Source: Macrostomum hystrix (taxonomy: Eukaryota > Animalia > Platyhelminthes). From it: 64,000 nucleotides of DNA. The notes beneath the pieces were generated by a model. The model made no database searches. It had not been told where the DNA came from and saw nothing but the letters and a program-made list of their open reading frames with translations. The DNA lies in the NCBI GenBank assembly GCA_950097015.1, contig CATNEN010000038.1, positions 19,902,001 through 19,966,000 of the forward strand. The letters are read 5' to 3'. Shown piece by piece: positions 25,251 to 37,000 of the stretch (the first letter of the stretch is position 1; each line of letters begins with the position of its first letter). Made by a program: the position numbers and the translations under genes.

Positions 25251-25839
25251 TCCATTCACCCCTTATTCACCAATGCTAAGAGTCGGGACTCAATTCAATC
25301 AAATACAATGATCTGTATCATCCCTAATTGGGAGTTTTTTTCCGCCTAGCTATAACTAGCGCAGTTGGTCTGGATGCACTTAAAGGAACCGGACGGAGCA
25401 CTTCCGGTTGCCAACAGTTGTAGGCATATTGTTGAACATATCAGCTTTAGTTTCCATGGATCGAACATTGCAGAGTTTCCCGTCTGTTCTTTCGTCTAGG
25501 CGCTTCGTACTTTCAGTGCGACAACGAGTAGACTGGCGGTCCCCAAAATTGTGTAACACTGTCTCTCCCTGTCTCCTAATTGCTGGCCTCTTCTATCCAA
25601 TTCTACGTATAGTATTGTCACATCTCTCTGCCACTTCTAACATATTAATTGTTGTCCTCATTTATCGTCATTTGTTAGCTAGTATAGTTCACTAATAACA
25701 CTGTGCCTTCATCTCTAGCCTCGTTATTTCTTGCTCTACTGTGTTAACCTAACTGCTTGCTACACTATTCAAGACACTTTTATTCTCTCTCACGCTTTTC
25801 CCTGATCCAACTCCCCTTTCTCTCCCTTCGCTCTCTCCC

Positions 25840-26995
25840 TTCATCCTCTACCTCCATCCTCTACCTTCATTCTCTACCCTCCCCTCATCCTCTACCTCCT
25901 CCTCCTCAAACCTCACTCCTCATCCTCTGCCCTTCCACCACCCTCTATTCTCTTCCCTCATCATCTACCCACATCCTCTACCCTCATCATATACCCTCAT
26001 CATCTACCCTCATCATCTACCCACATCCTCTACCCTCATCATCTACCCTCATCATCTACCCACATCCTCTACCCTCATCATCTACCCTCATCATCTACCC
26101 ACATCCTCTACCCTCATCATCTACCCTCATCATCTACCCACATCCTCTACCCTCATTATCTACCCTCATCATCTACCCACATCCTCTGCCCTTCCACCAC
26201 CCTCTATTCTCTTCCCTCATCGCCTTCCCTCATCCTCTACCCTCATCCTCTACCCTCATCCTCTATCCTCATCCTCTACCCTCATCCTCTATCCTCATCC
26301 TCTATCCTCATCCTCTATCCTCATCCTCTACCCTCATCATCTACCCTCATTATCTACCCTCATCATCTACCCTCATCCTCTACCCTCATCATCTACCCTC
26401 ATCATCTACCCTCATCATCTACCCTTATCATCTACCTTCATCCTCTACCCTCATCCTCTACCCTCATCCTCTATCCTCATCCTCTACCCTCATCATCTAC
26501 CCTCATCATCTACCCACATCCTCTGCCCTTCCACCACCCTCTATTCTCTTCCCTCATCGCCTTCCCTCATCTTCTACCCTCATCATCTACCCACATCCTC
26601 TACCCTCATCCTCTACCCTCATCCTCTACCCTCATCCTCTACCCTCATCATCTACCCTCATCGTCTACCAACATCCTCTACCCTCATCATCTACCCACAT
26701 CCTCTACCCTCATCATCTACCCTCATCCTCTACCCTCATCCTCTATCCTCATCCTCTACCCTCATCATCTACCCTCATCATCTACCCTCATCATCTACCC
26801 TCATCATCTACCCTCATCCTCTACCCTCATCCTCTATCCTCATCCTCTACCCTCATCATCTACCCTCATCCTCTACCCTCATCCTCTATCCTCATCATCT
26901 ACCCTCATCCTCTACCCTCATCCTCTATCCTCATCATCTACCCTCATCCTCTACCCTCATCCTCTTTCCTCATCCTCTACCCACATCCTCTACCA
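25840..26995. repeat. ~12-bp degenerate repeat CCTCATCMTCTAC / low complexity
   Basis: Pyrimidine-rich tandem array. It explains the ORF 25757-27031. Confidence 0.9.
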
Positions 26996-27479
26996 TTTGC
27001 TTTTCTCCTCACGGAGCAAATTGATCTATAAATTAGCGAATTCTCTTCTTTTTTCCGATTGAGGTATGCGACTTTGATGAGAATAGCATTCAGATCGCAA
27101 TTATATTGGTGAAAGTTTCTGTCTAAACTGACAGATCAACTCACTTTGAAGTAGCTTAAAAGCCATGACTTATGTCCGTGAATATATCATATGTCGATAC
27201 CTAAAAAATCCAGTATTTCAGTGATCTGTCGCCATGGCAACTGCCAGTCAGCTTCTTTTCTGTCTTGCCCTCAGCTTAGATAGGCTTACCTAGGCTGGCC
27301 GGGCCACATCAAGCCACACTCCTAGCTGTTAGCTTAGGTCGGGAACTCATGTATTTGAGAAGGGGAAACATTAATCGTTATATGGTCATCTATTATTAGA
27401 TAGAAAAGCTCAGAGCTTAAAAAATGATTTCCAGTTAAAAAGCCTTGCTAATTCAATAGCTGAAACAAAAAGTGACTTC

Positions 27480-28585
27480 TCTCTTTGTCTCTATCTTTGT
27501 CTCTGTCTCTCTGTCTCTCTCTGTCTCTCTCTGTCTCTCTCTGTCTCTCTCTCTGTTTGTCTCTCTCTGTCTCTCTCTCTCTGTTTGTCTCTCTCTGTCT
27601 CTCTCTGTCTCTCTCTCTCTGTTTGTCTCTCTCTGTCTCTCTGTCTCTCTCTGTCTCTCTGTTTGTCTCTCTCTGTCTCTATCTTTCTGTCTCTCTATCT
27701 ACGAGCTATCTCTCTGTCTCTCTCTCTCTGTCTATCTATGTCTCTCTGTGTCTGTCTCCATCTCTCTGTTTGTCTCTCTCTGTCTCTCTGTTTGTCTCTC
27801 TCTCTGTCTCTCTGTCTCTCTCTCTGTCTCTCTGTTTGTCTCTCTCTCTGTCTCTCTGTTTGTCTCTCTCTCTGTCTCTCTCTCTCTCTGTCTCTCTGTC
27901 TCTCTGTCTCTCTGTGTCTGTCTCTCTCTCTCTCTGTTTGTCTCTGTCTCTCTGTCTGTCTGTCTCTCTGTCTCACTGTCTCTCTCTGTCTCTCTGTTTC
28001 TCTCTCTCTGTCTCTCTCTCTCTGTCTCTCTGTCTCTCTCTGTCTCTCTCTCTGTTTGTCTCTCTCTGTCTCTCTCTGTCTGTTTGTCTCTCTCTGTCTC
28101 TCTGTCTCTCTCTGTCTCTCTGTCTCTCTCTCTCTCTGTTTGTCTCTGTCTCTCTGTCTGTCTGTCTCTCTGTCTCACTGTCTCTCTCTGTCTCTCTGTT
28201 TCTCTCTCTCTGTCTCTCTCTGTCTCTCTGTCTCTCTCTGTCTCTCTCTCTGTTTGTCTCTCTCTGTCTCTCTCTGTCTGTTTGTCTCTCTCTGTCTCTC
28301 TGTCTCTCTCTGTCTCTCTGTTTGTCTCTCTCTGTCTCTATCTTTCTGTCTCTCTATCTACGAGCTATCTCTCTGTCTCTCTCTCTCTGTCTATCTATGT
28401 CTCTCTGTGTCTGTCTCCATCTCTCTGTTTGTCTCTCTCTGTCTCTCTGTCTCTCTCTGTCTCTCTGTTTCTCTCTCTCTGTCTCTCTGTCTCTCTCTCT
28501 CTGTCTCTCTGTTTGTCTCTCTCTCTGTCTCTCTGCCTCTCTGTCTCTCTGTCTCTCTCTGTCTCTCTATCTCTGTATCCCTGTC
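27480..28585. repeat. Compound (CT)n/(CTGT)n microsatellite
   Basis: Directly visible. It explains the SL-rich and ER-rich ORFs. Confidence 0.95.
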
Positions 28586-30093
28586 TCTGGCTGTACAAAT
28601 ATTATTCTACTCGTTCCCGACATCGTATGCGCATCATTTTGCCAAAAACTTTTTTTGTCTATAAGAGGACTCCGATCCCAGCAGTCATGTTTTCTCCTCA
28701 AAATTTCGTTCTTCAAAAGTTCAAAACATTTTGAACCGCCTATCGCAAGCAACGCATCTTTCTTGTCTAAAGTACATCGATTCTGGTACTGTCGACCCCG
28801 ATTCCTGTTGCTTTATTATCCCGCACTTGCATAGACGCCCCACTGTCTGTCTGTTTCCACTATTTCGGAAGGTCATAAGTTCGAATCACGTTGAGAATAT
28901 CGACTACTCGAGCTAAGCAGTCAATTTCAGTTCAGTTCAATCAGCTGGTAGCAGCATCATCTGGGGAATAAGCTCCTGCTCCTATGTAATCCTATTGTAC
29001 TCATGGCATACAGTGGCAGGCAGCTGAGCAGTGCGGGCTCACATTTTGTTGACAGTACTCGAGCAGTCAGAGTCGGTAGTCCCCGGTGTATTTTGGAAAC
29101 AGGCAACGCTCGGCTGCTCAGATGCGAAAGAATGCATAATTTATTTTCTTTTCTTTAAGTAAAAAATTGAATTTGAGCCTTGTTTTTGCTGCGCTATCCG
29201 AGCCTTTTATCGTAAAATTTCAGCCCACAGTTTTTCCAACGAGCATGCCATGATCATTCTCCTTTGTAAATTGGTGGCTTTGAAGAAATGCAACCACAGG
29301 TGATTTCTTGTTTTTTAATGACCCGCTCTTGATTACCAATCGACAAAAATTAACAATATAACTTCCCGCTGACTACTTCACGATAGCTCCGAAACCAAAT
29401 GACCAATTTTCGTGAAAATTTTCGGTTAAAAAATAGAACAGTTACTGTGCGATTAATACAATATTCGAGCTATAATTAACAATAACAGCCGACATGGTCT
29501 AATGATGACATTTTTTAGCAGAAAATCGTTGCATAGGATAGAGCGAAAAATTTTAGCCCGTGTTCCGGATTTTTAAGGCAATAGGTTGAGTACTTTTAGA
29601 GATACAGAAAAAGAAAAAAATGTGGTTGTTTGAAATAGACCAGTGGTATTTCTGCTGTTAATAGGTATTATATCGCATATGTAGGCGCATACTATGACGT
29701 CACGATATAAAAGTACACCGAATACTTTCCTAATTACTTTTCTAGCCTTCGTTCCTCACTATGCATTATCATTTAATAATTTTTATATCGATCATTCTGG
29801 ATGAGATGGCGACAAAGGCCTTCAATTATTGATTTGTTCTAGCAAGGGTGTGTTCGCGATGCCACAAAAAAGTTTCATCAACCACAGAAAACGTGCTGAG
29901 AATGTTCACCTGTGTTCATTTGTTAATTGAAGAAGCTTTATTTAGAGAAAGGAAACACACTGTACTAGGCCACTAGGTGCACAATGTCTGCCTAATGAAA
30001 GATTCTCTTAACACAGGATTATTCCATTCTAATCGCAACATTCATGCAATGTCTTCCAATGTATAGTGATCACAGTACACAAAATGTTAGATA

Positions 30094-31100
30094 AATTTCT
30101 GTTTAATTCAAACAGTTCGAATCTTTTGGAGATCCTCAGTTGGGTAAAAACTGTTCTTGATCTATTCAATTTTTGGAAACTTTGAGAATTCCAGATTTCG
30201 AATTAAACTTGCTAAAGAAAAGAAATTCAGGCTTTTTGTTCAATCTGGTTTCATCATAGAGAACATTGATTGTTTGATGTGTACTTGACCAATCAGGAAC
30301 CTTGAGTGTTTGTTTGTAATTGACCCATCAGGAACCTTGAGTGTTTGGTTGTAATTTACCAATCAGGAACCTTGAGTGTTTGGTTGTAATTGACCCATCA
30401 GGAACCTTGAGTGTTTGTTTGTAATTGACCAATCAGGAACCTTGAGTGTTTGATTGTAATTGACCAATCAGGAACCTTGAGTGTTTGTTTGTAATTGACC
30501 CATCAGGAACCTTGAGTGTTTGGTTGTAATTGACCAATCAGGAACCTTGAGTGTTTGGTTGTAATTGACCCATCAGGAACCTTGAGTGTTTGTTTGTAAT
30601 TGACCAATCAGGAACCTTGAGTGTTTGATTGTAATTGACCAATCAGGAACCTTGAGTGTTTGTTTGTAATTGACCCATCAGGAACCTTGAGTGTTTGGTT
30701 GTAATTGACCAATCAGGAACCTTGAGTGTTTGTTTGTAATTGACCAATCAGGAACCTTGAGTGTTTGTTTGTAATTGACCAATCAGGAACCTTGAGTGTT
30801 TGTTTGTAATTGACCCATCAGGAACCTTGAGTGTTTGTTTGTAATTGACCAATCAGGAACCTTGAGTGTTTGTTTGTAATTGACCCATCAGGAACCTTGA
30901 GTGTTTGTTTGTAATTGACCAATCAGGAACCTTGAGTGTTTGATTCAAATCAGCCAATCAGGAACCATGCGGGGGTGTTTAATTGTACTCGACAAATCAG
31001 AAATCTTAATTGAGTGTTCGAATGTAATCAACCAATCAGGAACCTTGAGTGTTTGATTGTAATTGACCAATCAGGAACCTTGGGTGTTTAATTGTAATCA
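30094..31100 (+). repeat. Composite repeat copy 1: ~190-bp unique leader plus ~22 units of a 35-bp CCAAT-containing satellite
   Basis: The leader aatttctgtt...tcttttggagatcctcagttggg...aatctggtttcatca is shared with 34031-34205. Unit GTAATTGACCAATCAGGAACCTTGAGTGTTTGTTT from about 30285. Confidence 0.88.
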
Positions 31101-31886
31101 ACTACAGGAATCTCAATTAATATTTTCGCCATGCCAGAAAAAAAATTCTCACTAGCCACAGCGTTTCTGACAACAGTCATGCAAAGTCTTCCTATCTATA
31201 GTTATAAAAGTACACTCGCTTCGGAGCCCTTAGTAACTTTAAAGATCATAACGGGTTGATCAATTTTTTAGCAGCCATATTTGATGATAGGCTCGTTTTT
31301 CTACTTTAATTTACTGCTGTCCAAAAAGTGTATTGACAATTACGGATCCATGAGAACGAAATATGATCATACAATTTATGATTGCCTTTGCAAATCAGAG
31401 ATATCTGAAATCGTGATTCGTAGAGAACGCAGTGTTAAAGTGCATTTTATATATTATGCTGCAAATTTAAATCAAGCACTTATTTAATTTTTACAGCCAA
31501 AAGCACTCGACTTGCACTTTCTCATATGCGCATACATACAGACTTGATTTCGGAATGATAATCTCAACCCGAAAAGACTTACAAGGTCGCCATCAAGGCT
31601 GCGGCAGACGAGAATTAAATGGATTTCGCTGTGTTTCGTTTTAGACTGCAGATTGTCTCCTCAAAGCCTAGTTTGGAGTTGGGCTAGGATGTACATAGCC
31701 CACACCCACCCCACAGAATATGTACATTTAAACCGTCCCTCGTTTAACCCTCTACCCCCATCTAACCAACCAGAATGCACGCACCGCTGAATGTGTAAAC
31801 ACACGCTCACTTTGATGACAAGCCAAATCTTTTATTTAATTCGCAAAAATCATGAAAAAATGGAGCTAACAGAAAGCTTCTATTAG

Positions 31887-33356
31887 TTGCTAAAAGAGAA
31901 TATGACTGAGGATCGGACAAATAAATCCAGTGGACCGCTGCGACTTCTGCTGCTGTGCAATGAAACAATGCGAAAGCGTTGCCAGTGCTTGTCCGCGGCT
32001 CTTCAATGCGTTGGCCAGGGTCTAAGCCGACAGATTACAGTCCGAATGAAGTGCATCACCTATGTTGAGGATAACGGGGGTGCGTTCTCACTCTCGGCTA
32101 AAACAGATGGTCTCCTGGCTGAGTCAGATGTGGCGCTATGCCTGCTGCGGGTCAGTCGCGTTCACGCTACAGCTTGGCAGAACCTGGGTGACATGCTGGC
32201 ATCGAGGCAGGCACGATTTTGCAGCGAGGATAGCGGCAGAATTTTTAAAAAGGCCGCTTCCAGATCGGTTAACACTAGTCGACTAATGCTGGTGCAGTGC
32301 TGTGGTCCTGCCTACGCTGTAGATGACGCTCCAGCGGCTACGGACACCGATCCAAGCTCCGTGGATTGCCGCCTTCGAGACTGGCTATCGAGCTTTGCGA
32401 GGTGCAAGCCTGACGACCTCGCCAACGTCAGCATAGACAACACCTGCGCAGGAAAGGCGCTGCGCCATCGACTATTTAGCCGTCGCTATACCGTCCAGGT
32501 AGAGTTCACGGCGCACAACGCCACGTCTGCAGTGCGCAGGCGCCACTCGCTTTACCGACTCACCGAAGGTCGAGAGGCTGCTGATGGCGGCTGCAGTCCA
32601 GAGGCTGTTGTCAAGCGCTGTCAGTCGCTCGAAGACCGTCTAGACTGCAGTGGGCTCGACAGCAGCTGCAGTAATAATGATGATCCTAACAACAACAATG
32701 AGGACGACCGGCACCAACGAGAGATCAATCAGCAGCTGTTTTATGTGGACTTCGTGAAGCTGACAGCGTCGGCTGTGACCCTCGTCGTCTCCTCCTCCAG
32801 GTCGTGCGCTAAGGAGGCTGAGCTGTGCATGAACAACTTAGCTAGCTACGGACACCGAGCTGTCTCCATCGACGCCTTCGCTGCTTCGCTGATTAGCAAA
32901 GGGCAGCAGCAGCAGCAGCAGCCGGAGCTGTCTGGCCGACGCTTTTTTCTTCCTGGCAAACGAAACCGCGACCCAGTTGGTCTGTTGAAACGCGTGTTGA
33001 CCCAGCTGACGCCCACGACAGCCAACAGTACGATCTTCCTGGTTTTCTGTCGCCGCTACCAAAGCCGGCTGCTAATGGAATTTTTGCGAACCGCAGCTCT
33101 GCCGGCGCCGAAGCTGGCTGCACCGCCACGAGCCTGCTTCGTTGCCATCGTCGGTCCAGTTTCGGAGGAAGAATGTCAGAAGCTGCGGCAATTGGGCAGC
33201 TGCGATGGTCAACTGCGCTGCCAACTGGACGTGATCTGCTGTCCGGAGGGCCTGGCCGGCTGTCGCGTGCTGACGCGCCTGATGCCAGGCCTCACTGCCA
33301 TGATGCGACAGCTGGAGGCGGCGGCAGCAACAGCGGGGCGCGACCGCAAGGTGTGA
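31887..33356 (+). CDS. Uncharacterised intronless protein of 484-489 aa (first ATG 31902), Cys-rich, possibly two degenerate TIR-like alpha/beta modules
   Basis: 1.47-kb non-repetitive GC-rich ORF in AT-rich flanks, with coding style like the neighbouring genes (poly-Q/N/A runs). Acceptor-like ttctattag just before 31887 and AATAAA at 33418-33423. No family confidently recognised. Confidence 0.75.
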   Translation: MLKENMTEDRTNKSSGPLRLLLLCNETMRKRCQCLSAALQCVGQGLSRQITVRMKCITYVEDNGGAFSLSAKTDGLLAESDVALCLLRVSRVHATAWQNLGDMLASRQARFCSEDSGRIFKKAASRSVNTSRLMLVQCCGPAYAVDDAPAATDTDPSSVDCRLRDWLSSFARCKPDDLANVSIDNTCAGKALRHRLFSRRYTVQVEFTAHNATSAVRRRHSLYRLTEGREAADGGCSPEAVVKRCQSLEDRLDCSGLDSSCSNNDDPNNNNEDDRHQREINQQLFYVDFVKLTASAVTLVVSSSRSCAKEAELCMNNLASYGHRAVSIDAFAASLISKGQQQQQQPELSGRRFFLPGKRNRDPVGLLKRVLTQLTPTTANSTIFLVFCRRYQSRLLMEFLRTAALPAPKLAAPPRACFVAIVGPVSEEECQKLRQLGSCDGQLRCQLDVICCPEGLAGCRVLTRLMPGLTAMMRQLEAAAATAGRDRKV

Positions 33357-34030
33357 CTCTCTGCAGCTCTGAGATACTTCGTATTACAGCCTTGGTGATC
33401 AGTGCGTCAAATTTTATAATAAAAAGAACTAAACTTTCTTTAACCTCGACTGGGACTTTATTCATGGATAATATAGCTCCTAATAAGTAATTTAAGATTG
33501 ATTTTAAAGCTGTTTGTCACTTTATTACTAACTAATATTTTAATGTTTTATCCGTTATTAAGTCCGCAATGATGCTGAATAATTATCGTAGCCCAATTTT
33601 TAAAAGCACTTTCTCAATTTTTGTATTGAGATTTGAACCAATATATTTGCATACTCGTAGATTCAGGTTTTTATTCGATAAAAAATTAATCGAGAAACTT
33701 TTGTGTTTAATTTTTTTAATTCAGTCACTTTCTTGCGCCAAAGTATTGAGCCGGTAGAGAAACATGCCAGTTTATGAAAACCGTGTTTTGGTAAAGGAAA
33801 AGTACAAGTCCCATTAGCAGCACCCACCAGCAACATCAGGCGTCCCATCCAGCTAGACTAAATTAGCTCGAGAGGATAAAGCGAATTAATTTAATTTCCC
33901 AGTCCAACCAGCTCTTGCCTGCATGGCTTCTTGAGGCTGCTACCTACCTATGCTCACTCTAATTTGTGCCGCAGACGCAGTGGATTAGAAACAGGACAAC
34001 ATGCACAGCATGCTCTTTCACGCTGCCGTT

Positions 34031-37000
34031 AATTTCTGTTGAATTCAAACCCTATCTTTTGGAGATCCTCAGTTGGGAAAAAACTGTTCTCGATCTATTC
34101 GCGTTTTGGAAACTTCGAGAATTCCGGATTTCGATTTGAACTTGCTTAAGAAAATAAATTCACGCTTTTGGTTTAATCTGGTTTCATCAAAGAGAACCTT
34201 GTTTCTTTGATTGTAATCGACCAATCAGGAGCCTTGGGTGTTCGATTGTAATCGACCAATCAGGAACCTTGGGTGATCGATTGTAATCGACCAATCAGGA
34301 GCCTTGGGTGATCGATTGTAATCGACCAATCAGGAACCTTGGGTGTTCGATTGTAATCGACCAATCAGGAACCTTGGGTGTTCGATTGTAATCGACCAAT
34401 CAGGAACCTTGGGTGTTCGATTGTAATCGACCAATCAGGAACCTTGGGTGTTCGATTGTAATCGACCAATCAGGAACCTTGGGTGTTCGATTGTAATCGA
34501 CCAATCAGGAATCTCAATTGGGTGTTCGATTGTATTTAACCAATCAGGAGCCTTGGGTCTTCGATTGTAATCGACCAATCAGGAGCCTTGGGTGTTCGAT
34601 TATAATCGACCAATCAGGAACCTTGTTTGTTTGATTGTAATCGACCAATCAGGAACCTTGTTTGTTTGATTGTAATCGACCAATCAGGAGCCTTGTTTGT
34701 TTGATTGTAATCGACCAATCAAGAGCCTTCTTTGTTTGATTGTAATCGACCAATCAGGAACCTTGTTTGTTTGATTGTAATCGACCAATCAGGAGCCTTG
34801 TTTGTTTGATTGTAATCGACCAATCAGGAGCCTTGTTTGTTTGATTGTAATCGACCAATCAGGAGCCTTGTTTGTTTGATTGTAATCGACCAATCAGGAG
34901 CCTTGTTTGTTTGATTGTAATCGACCAATCAGGAGCCTTGTTTGTTTGATTGTAATCGACCAATCAGGAGCCTTGTTTGATTGATTGTAATCGACCAATC
35001 AGGAACCTTCTTTGTTTGATTGTAATCGACCAATCAGGAACCTTGCTTGTTTGATTGTAATCGACCAATCAGGAGCCTTGTTTGTTTGATTGTAATCGAC
35101 CAATCAGGAACCTTGTTTGTTTGATTGTAATCTACCAATCAGGAACCTTGTTTGTTTGATTGTAATCTACCAATCAGGAACCTTGTTTGTTTGATTGTAA
35201 TCGACCAATCAGGAGCCTTGGATGTTCGATTGTAATCGACCAATCAGGAGCCTTGGGTGTTCGATTGTAATCGACCAATCAGAAACCTTGGGTGATCGAT
35301 TGTAATCGACCAATCAGGAACCTTGGGTGTTCGATTGTAATCGACCAATCAGGAATCTCAATTGGGTGTTCGATTGTATTTAACCAATCAGGAGCCTTGG
35401 GTCTTCGATTGTAATCGACCAATCAGGAACCTTGGGTGTTCGATTGTAATCGACCAATCAGGAACCTTGGGTGTTCGATTGTAATCGACCAATCAGGAAC
35501 CTTGGGTGTTCGATTGTAATCGACCAATCAGGAACCTTGGGTGTTCGATTGTAATCGACCAATCAGGAATCTCAATTGGGTGTTCGATTGTATTTAACCA
35601 ATCAGGAGCCTTGGGTCTTCGATTGTAATCGACCAATCAGGAGCCTTGGGTGTTCGATTATAATCGACCAATCAGGAACCTTGTTTGTTTGATTGTAATC
35701 GACCAATCAGGAACCTTGTTTGTTTGATTGTAATCGACCAATCAGGAGCCTTGCTTGTTTGATTGGAATCGACCAATCAGGAGCCTTGTTTGTTTGATTG
35801 TAATCGACCAATCAGGAGCCTTGTTTGTTTGATTTTAATCGACCAATCAGGAGCCTTGCTTGTTTGATTGTAATCGACCAATCAGGAGCCTTGTTTGTTT
35901 GATTGTAATCGACCAATCAGGAGCCTTGTTTGTTTGATTGTAATCGACCAATCAGGAGCCTTCTTTGTTTGATTGTAATCGACCAATCAGGAACCTTGTT
36001 TGTTTGATTGTAATCGACCAATCAGGAGCCTTGTTTGTTTGATTATAATCGACCAATCAGGAGCCTTGTTTGATTGATTGTAATCGACCAATCAGGAGCC
36101 TTGCTTGTTTGATTGTAATCGACCAATCAGGAGCCTTGTTTGTTTGATTGTAATCGACCAATCAGGAACCTTGTTTGTTTGATTGTAATCGACCAATCAG
36201 GAACCTTGTTTGTTTGATTGTAATCGACCAATCAGGAGCCTTGGGTGTTCGATTGTAATCGACCAATCAGGAGCCTTGGGTGTTCGATTGTAATCGACCA
36301 ATCAGAAACCTTGGGTGATCGATTGTAATCGACCAATCAGGAACCTTGGGTGTTCGATTGTAATCGACCAATCAGGAACCTTGGGTGTTCGATTGTAATC
36401 GACCAATCAGGAACCTTGGGTGTTCGATTGTAATCGACCAATCAGGAACCTTGGGTGTTCGATTGTAATCGACCAATCAGGAACCTTGGGTGTTCGATTG
36501 TAATCGACCAATCAGGAATCTCAATTGGGTGTTCGATTGTATTTAACCAATCAGGAGCCTTGGGTCTTCGATTGTAATCGACCAATCAGGAGCCTTGGGT
36601 GTTCGATTATAATCGACCAATCAGGAACCTTGTTTGTTTGATTGTAATCGACCAATCAGGAACCTTGTTTGTTTGATTGTAATCGACCAATCAGGAGCCT
36701 TGTTTGTTTGATTGTAATCGACCAATCAGGAGCCTTTTTTGTTTGATTGTAATCGACCAATCAGGAACCTTGTTTGTTTGATTGTAATCGACCAATCAGG
36801 AGCCTTGTTTGTTTGATTGTAATCGACCAATCAGGAGCCTTGTTTGTTTGATTGTAATCGACCAATCAGGAGCCTTGCTTGTTTGATTGTAATCGACCAA
36901 TCAGGAGCCTTGTTTGTTTGATTGTAATCGACCAATCAGGAGCCTTGTTTGTTTGATTGTAATCGACCAATCAGGAACCTTGGGTGTTCGATTGTAATCG

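Noticed and set aside
25757-28834. Long low-complexity ORFs (YPHPLPSSST; SLSLC; ERQRD)
   Set aside because: They are translations of simple repeats, open in several frames at once.
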